In this document: positions 58,854-64,000 of the stretch, in pieces
Layout of the letters: the number at the start of each line of letters is the position of its first letter
How positions within the stretch are numbered: the stretch's first letter is position 1
Assembly: GCA_900759015.1 (NCBI GenBank)
Contig: CAAEUE010000002.1
Location: 47,332-111,331, forward strand
Direction of reading: 5' to 3'
Length of the DNA: 64,000 bases
Source: Clostridia bacterium
Lineage (GTDB): Bacteria > Bacillota > Clostridia > TANB77 > CAG-508
The notes under the pieces: generated by a model
The model's input: only the letters and a program-made list of their open reading frames with translations
The model's database searches: none
What the model was told of the DNA's origin: nothing
Program-made: the position numbers and the translations under genes

Positions 58854-59018
58854 TTTTTACATCCTTTTTTATATTTTTCACTATATCTTTATTTTATTTA
58901 TTTTCTTTATAAAAGTCAATAAATTACTATCTAATTCTTCATATTTTGCATAAATTACCAAGAGCCTACAAGATATTTAGCATATCCTGTAGGCTCTTAG
59001 TATTATTTTTTGAAGTCG

Positions 59019-59636
59019 CTAGCTGATAGTTGCTGCAAATTCAAGCAGTTCAGACTCTGAAGAAAAAGCTACCAAAATTGTATTATGCAATTCTTTTTTC
59101 CTTTTTGCCTTTTCTTCCGGTCTTTTCGCTTCAGTGACTCCTACTACATCCTCACTTGCCAACTTTTCCAATGCCTGCTCGATTGTTTTTCCTCTTTTGA
59201 TTTCAAACAGGATTGAAATTATATCCTGTTCAATCAGTTTAGAAATTTTCAGCTTATGAACTGCTTCCGCCACCTTTCCAAAGATGATTTTCTTCTCATA
59301 TAAATCGGTAGCCTCTGCCAAAACTTCAGGAAGGATCTCTATTATGTTATCCTCACCGTTCTCAGCTTCCGGTAACTTTTGTGTCACTACCTGAAGAATT
59401 TCATCATAGGCGTCGTCCACTGAGATTGTAAACACAAAGTGTTTACACGCCCACTGAATGAGCTCATCAATTGTCAGGCTTTTATCTTCAAGATGCTTAT
59501 ACACTACATCTTGCAATAATATATACCCCGGCATTCCTGTCATTCTTACGCCATACAACTGACGTAAGATGATGCACACTGCTGAGTAGCGACTCCTTTT
59601 CTCTTTTAATTCCTTTTCATTTGTGTTTTTTGTCAT
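59019..59636 (-). CDS. Hypothetical 205-aa protein, G+C-richer than its surroundings
   Basis: Long ORF. Terminator aagagcctaca.../...tgtaggctctt downstream (58961..59000). Confidence 0.6.
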   Translation of the reverse strand: MTKNTNEKELKEKRSRYSAVCIILRQLYGVRMTGMPGYILLQDVVYKHLEDKSLTIDELIQWACKHFVFTISVDDAYDEILQVVTQKLPEAENGEDNIIEILPEVLAEATDLYEKKIIFGKVAEAVHKLKISKLIEQDIISILFEIKRGKTIEQALEKLASEDVVGVTEAKRPEEKAKRKKELHNTILVAFSSESELLEFAATIS

Positions 59637-59796
59637 AAATAAATATGCTCCCTTCTTTTGTGTTTCCCATATATTGGGAATGTATAAATTTTTGGTTCCA
59701 TTTTATATTTTATCATATTTACATAATATTGTAAATACAGTACTCTTCTTTTCATAGTTCATAATATAATGCATCCTATTCTTGTCGCTATACCAC

Positions 59797-59830
59797 AAAA
59801 CTAGCCCTATATCAAACTAATACGGGCTAG
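59797..59830 (-). terminator. recG terminator
   Basis: Minus strand CTAGCCC...GGGCTAG followed by TTTT. Confidence 0.6.
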
Positions 59831-59840
59831 TCACGCGTAG

Positions 59841-61892
59841 TTATATCTCTACTCTATTTTTAAATTTTTCTTCTATTAATAATCGTAATTCTTTATTTTT
59901 TTCTAACTCTAATTTAGGATCTTCTTCTGTTATTTTTATAGCTAATGTTTGAACTTGTTTTAGCACAGGCATATCTTCAAAAAGATTTGCAATCTTAAAT
60001 TCTGGAAGACCATGTTGTCTTGTTCCAAAAAATTCTCCACTACCACGAAGTTCTAAGTCTTTTTCCGAAATTATAAATCCATCATTTGTATCTGTCATAA
60101 CCTTCATTCTTTTTCTAATAACATCTGAATTTCCTTGGTATTTTAAAATACAATAAGATTGGTATTCGCCTCTTCCAACTCTTCCTCTTAACTGATGCAA
60201 TTGTGCCAATCCAAATCTTTCGGCATTTTCAACAACCATTAAACTTGCATTTGGAACATTTACACCAACCTCAATTACAGTAGTAGAGATTAGAATATCA
60301 ATATCACCATTTTTAAATCTTTCCATAATTTCGTCTTTTTCTTTATTTTTCATTTTTCCATGTAAATATTCTACTCTGTAATCTTTAAACACTTCATTTT
60401 TATATTTTTCTGCCAAAGCTGTTACAGATTTTAAATTCATTTCTTCATTTTCTTCTACTAATGGACATACAATATATGCTTGTCTACCTTCATCAACTTG
60501 TTTTTTTATAAAGTTGTTTACTCTTTCTTCCATTCCTTTTGTAACTGCAAACGTATCAATTTTCTTTCTGTTTGGAGGTAATTCATCAATTATAGATATA
60601 TCCAAATCACCATATAAAATTAAAGCTAATGTTCTTGGAATAGGAGTTGCTGTCATAACTAATACATCTGGGTTTTGTCCCTTTTCTACTATTGTAGTAC
60701 GTTGCTTTACACCAAATCTGTGTTGCTCATCTGTTACAACAAAACCTAAATTTTTAAACACTACATTTTCTTCTAATAATGCATGCGTACCTATTAATAT
60801 ATCTATTTCACCATTTTTTAATTTTTCTAAAATCTCTGCTTTTTTCTTTTTTGTTATACTAGAAATTAAAAGTTCACATCTAATTCCAAACTGGTCTAGT
60901 ATTTCTTTAAAACTTTCCAAATGTTGACTAGCAAGAATTGCTGTTGGAGCCATAATTGCCACTTGATATCCACATTTAACAGCTTTATATGATGCAATAA
61001 TTGAAACTGCTGTTTTTCCAGAACCAACATCTCCTTGCAATAATCTATTCATGTTTTTATTGCTTTCCATATCTTTATCTATTTCCTCTAAAACTCTTAA
61101 TTGAGCTTTAGTTAATTTAAATGGAAGAACATTGATTACATCTGACATCTTGACATTTTTGTCAAACTGAATACCATTGGTATCTGCTTCATATTTGTTC
61201 TTTAAATTTAATAAAGCAAGTTGCATACCTAACAATTCTTCAAATACTAGCCTTTTTCTTGCCTTTTCAAATTCATCAAAATTCTCTGGAAAGTGTATTT
61301 TATGTATAGACTCATTTATTCCTAACAATTTATATTCATCTAAAATGTATTTTGGTAATGTTTCTGGTAATGAGTCATTAACTAATGTAATTGCATTTTC
61401 TATTATTCCTCTTAATACATTTTGAGATAAATTATATGTTAGTGGATATATAGGTATTATTTTTCCTGTATTTTTATTTTTTGTTTCTTCATCAAAAACA
61501 GGGGATACCATTTCAATCCTATTTTGAATTCTTTTTACCTTACCAAAAAAGTGATAAATTTCTCCAACCTTAAATTTATTCTTTAAATAGCTTTGGTTAT
61601 ACCAAGTAATTAAACATCTTCCTGTTTCATCCTCTACTATAAGTTTATATATAACCATTTTTCTATTTCTTATTCTTGTTTCATTCATTCTAGCAACTGG
61701 TATTGCAGCAATTAGAGCTTCTTCACCATCTACTAAATCTTCTATCTTTACAGGTTTACTTCTATCTTCATAATCTCTTGGATAATATGTAATTAAATCT
61801 TTTAAAGTAAAAATATTTAGATTATTTAGAAGCTTTACTCTATTAGGACCAACACCTTTTATATATTGTACTTCTTTGCTTAAATCAGCCAT
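59841..61892 (-). CDS. recG: ATP-dependent DNA helicase RecG
   Basis: Wedge domain, GDVGSGKT Walker A, DEQHRFG, QLRGRVGRG motif VI. Confidence 0.95.
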   Translation of the reverse strand: MADLSKEVQYIKGVGPNRVKLLNNLNIFTLKDLITYYPRDYEDRSKPVKIEDLVDGEEALIAAIPVARMNETRIRNRKMVIYKLIVEDETGRCLITWYNQSYLKNKFKVGEIYHFFGKVKRIQNRIEMVSPVFDEETKNKNTGKIIPIYPLTYNLSQNVLRGIIENAITLVNDSLPETLPKYILDEYKLLGINESIHKIHFPENFDEFEKARKRLVFEELLGMQLALLNLKNKYEADTNGIQFDKNVKMSDVINVLPFKLTKAQLRVLEEIDKDMESNKNMNRLLQGDVGSGKTAVSIIASYKAVKCGYQVAIMAPTAILASQHLESFKEILDQFGIRCELLISSITKKKKAEILEKLKNGEIDILIGTHALLEENVVFKNLGFVVTDEQHRFGVKQRTTIVEKGQNPDVLVMTATPIPRTLALILYGDLDISIIDELPPNRKKIDTFAVTKGMEERVNNFIKKQVDEGRQAYIVCPLVEENEEMNLKSVTALAEKYKNEVFKDYRVEYLHGKMKNKEKDEIMERFKNGDIDILISTTVIEVGVNVPNASLMVVENAERFGLAQLHQLRGRVGRGEYQSYCILKYQGNSDVIRKRMKVMTDTNDGFIISEKDLELRGSGEFFGTRQHGLPEFKIANLFEDMPVLKQVQTLAIKITEEDPKLELEKNKELRLLIEEKFKNRVEI

Positions 61893-62024
61893 TTTTACCT
61901 CCTAATTGAAGTATAATTTTGTATATTATATACTATTTTTTATAAAAAGTCTTGTTTTTTTTGTTATTATATGGTAAGATTATAAACAGTCAATTTATTA
62001 TCTTAATAGGAGGTGCAATAAATC

Positions 62025-62222
62025 ATGGCAAAATGTGCAATTTGTGAAAAAACATTATCTCATGGAAACAAACTTAGCATAACACGTTCTCACGTTAGTA
62101 ATAGAGCTTCAAGAACTTGGAAACCAAATTTAAGAACTGTAAAAACTATAGTAGATGGTCAACCAAAGAAAATTAAAGTATGTGCAAAATGTTTACGTTC
62201 TGGAAAAGTTAAAAGAGCTTAG
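62025..62222 (+). CDS. rpmB: 50S ribosomal protein L28
   Basis: MAKCAICEK...SHSNRASRTWKPNL pattern; 65 aa; AGGAGG RBS. Confidence 0.95.
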   Translation: MAKCAICEKTLSHGNKLSITRSHVSNRASRTWKPNLRTVKTIVDGQPKKIKVCAKCLRSGKVKRA

Positions 62223-62238
62223 TTTATATACTATTTGT

Positions 62239-62265
62239 GGGTTATTATAGAATAACCCTTTTTTT
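62239..62265 (+). terminator. rpmB terminator
   Basis: Stem gggttatt/aataaccc followed by T7. Confidence 0.85.
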
Positions 62266-62326
62266 CATGATATATATTACCAATATTAAAAATATCGTCA
62301 GAGTAATCTGGCGATATTTTTATGTA

Positions 62327-62401
62327 TTAATCCTTAATCCTAAATATCAATTTTACAAATCCTCTTAAAAATTTTGGAACTTTCTTTACAACAATTGTCA
62401 T
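62327..62401 (-). CDS. Candidate 24-aa micro-ORF
   Basis: GGAGGAG RBS 6 nt before ATG. Encodes MTIVVKKVPKFLRGFVKLIFRIKD. Terminator hairpin 62290..62325 downstream. Confidence 0.3.
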   Translation of the reverse strand: MTIVVKKVPKFLRGFVKLIFRIKD

Positions 62402-62443
62402 TCCTATCTCCTCCTTTTCAATTGTTTTCTATATTTATAGTTG

Positions 62444-62593
62444 TTAATTAGAAAGCCATATTATTCCAACTATAATAATTGCTACACCTATTACGAAAAG
62501 CCACCCAGCAAAAGGAAGTAATAAGACCAATAATATTCCAATTCCTAAACCTATTAATATTACAGCTAAAGTCTTTTTTAATATCTTACACAT
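62444..62593 (-). CDS. Candidate 49-aa two-TM micro-protein
   Basis: GGAGGTAA RBS. Encodes MCKILKKTLAVILIGLGIGILLVLLLPFAGWLFVIGVAIIIVGIIWLSN. Confidence 0.45.
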   Translation of the reverse strand: MCKILKKTLAVILIGLGIGILLVLLLPFAGWLFVIGVAIIIVGIIWLSN

Positions 62594-62700
62594 AAAGCAT
62601 TACCTCCTTTTTTTATATAATATGAAAAAATAATTATTACTGTGATTACTTTATGTTGATAAATTATTATGATATAATTTGTCGTAAAAGGAGGCTAATT

Positions 62701-63342
62701 ATGAGAAAAAAAGATGCTATAGAATTAGTTCAAATATTAAAAGACACATATCCTGATGCAACTTGTAGTTTAGATTTTAAAACACCATTTCAATTAGTAA
62801 TTGCTGTAATGTTATCCGCACAATGCACTGATGAAAGAGTTAATTTAACTACACCTGGATTATTTAAAAAATATCCAACAATTGAAGCTTTTGCCAATTG
62901 CGATATACACGAGTTAGAAGAAATAATTCATCCTTGTGGATTTTACAAAAATAAAGCCAAAAATGCGCGTGCTTGTGCTAATAAAATTTTAAACGATTTT
63001 AATGGAATCGTTCCAAATACTATGGAAGAACTTATAACCCTACCAGGTGTTGGTAGAAAAAGTGCAAATGTAATTCTATTAGAAGTTTTTGGTATCGCAA
63101 ACGGTATTGCTGTTGATACACACGCAAAAAGAATTTCCAATAGGCTAGGTCTTTCGAATGAAAAAGAACCAACAAAAATAGAACAAGATTTGTTAAAAAT
63201 TTTCCCTAAAGAATATTTAAAAGATATTAATCATCTTTTTGTATGGCATGGTAGAAACACTTGCATGGCAAGAAAACCTAGTTGTGAAGCATGTACAATT
63301 AAACAATTCTGCAAAAAATATAAAGCAGAACACAAAGTTTAA
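62701..63342 (+). CDS. nth: Endonuclease III
   Basis: HhH-GPD (LPGVGRKSANVIL, AVDTH) and the C-terminal CxxxxxxCxxCxxxxxC cluster. ATG after AAGGAGG. Confidence 0.93.
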   Translation: MRKKDAIELVQILKDTYPDATCSLDFKTPFQLVIAVMLSAQCTDERVNLTTPGLFKKYPTIEAFANCDIHELEEIIHPCGFYKNKAKNARACANKILNDFNGIVPNTMEELITLPGVGRKSANVILLEVFGIANGIAVDTHAKRISNRLGLSNEKEPTKIEQDLLKIFPKEYLKDINHLFVWHGRNTCMARKPSCEACTIKQFCKKYKAEHKV

Positions 63343-63406
63343 TTTGTATTGACAAACCTAAACTCATAATATATATTTGATTAAAATAATTTTAGGAGGT
63401 ATACCA

Positions 63407-64000
63407 ATGAAGAAATTAAAAAACTTTATAATAACTTTGTTTCTAGTTATTATATTATCTATTACTACAACATGTTTTGCAGATACAAATGAAACACAAG
63501 AAGATATAACAGCAACACCATATTCAGCAGACTCTTCTGAAAATACAACTACTGTAGTAGATGATGATTTATATTTATATGGAAATGATATTAATATGAA
63601 TCAAATCGTAGATGGAAATGTTTATATTTTTGGAAAGAATGTTACTATAAATGGAGAAGTTGATGGAGATTTATTTATTTGTGCAAGTAATGTTACTTTT
63701 GGTGAGCAATCTTACATAAATTCAAACGCTTATATAGTAGCAGATAAAATAGAATTTAATACTTCAGCAACTTCACTATATGCTGTTTGTAATGAACTTA
63801 ACATACCTGAAGGCTATGGTCCTTTTAGAGATTTATACGCAATAACTAATAAATTAACCTTATTCGGTTCTATAGGAAGAAATGCATATTTAAGCACAAA
63901 TGATTTCATTATCTCTTCTGACTCGTCACAAGGTTCAATTTCTGGTAAATTAACATACTTATCAACAAGTGAATTAGAATTTCCAACTGACGCAATTAGC
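63407..64000 (+). CDS. Secreted protein with bactofilin-like (polymer-forming) beta-helical repeats, 3' end cut by the window edge
   Basis: Not in the ORF track because there is no stop. AGGAGG RBS, signal peptide MKKLKNFIITLFLVIILSITTTCFA, repeated VDGNVYIFGKNVTINGEVDGDLFI pattern. Confidence 0.7.
   Translation, partial: MKKLKNFIITLFLVIILSITTTCFADTNETQEDITATPYSADSSENTTTVVDDDLYLYGNDINMNQIVDGNVYIFGKNVTINGEVDGDLFICASNVTFGEQSYINSNAYIVADKIEFNTSATSLYAVCNELNIPEGYGPFRDLYAITNKLTLFGSIGRNAYLSTNDFIISSDSSQGSISGKLTYLSTSELEFPTDAIS

Overview
Very AT-rich chromosomal window from an endospore-forming Firmicute (Clostridia-like). The sporulation markers are gpr, pro-sigma-K, WhiA and YtvI. Most of the window is densely packed housekeeping genes, nearly all on the minus strand from about 7.6 to 62 kb. 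These include typA, an S1-domain protein, plsC, cmk, pgi, murB, ispH, hrcA-grpE-dnaK-dnaJ with CIRCE operators, hemW, whiA, prmC, sigK, rbgA, mrnC, recG, rpmB and nth. There is also a split alpha-glucan utilisation set: GT35 phosphorylase, DUF4912 plus GH57, and a debranching enzyme. The main non-standard signal is a small dispersed repeat family. Its core unit is about 18 nt, GGGATTTGGGGACGTTCC, usually closed by AAATCCC to form a hairpin. It occurs at 9 clear loci plus 1 degenerate locus, almost always directly after a stop codon. At one site it forms a tandem array translated as the C-terminal tail of a DUF368 protein. At another it abuts an 8-nt microsatellite. One inverted pair of copies brackets a G+C-richer two-gene insert. 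Other points worth a second look: holA and ruvC are adjacent and both frameshifted near the 5' end; one gene carries an in-frame TAA; a paralog is broken at a homopolymer; a three-gene orphan operon sits between holA and gpr; two tandem small-membrane-protein cassettes have 13-14 nt 5'UTR/3'UTR complementarity; a roughly 77-nt noncoding element is duplicated and shows one covarying hairpin pair; and a rod-shaped RNA of about 204 nt is a candidate 6S RNA. No CRISPR array, rRNA, tRNA, transposase or phage genes were seen. All calls come from reading the sequence and the ORF translations by eye; no searches were run.
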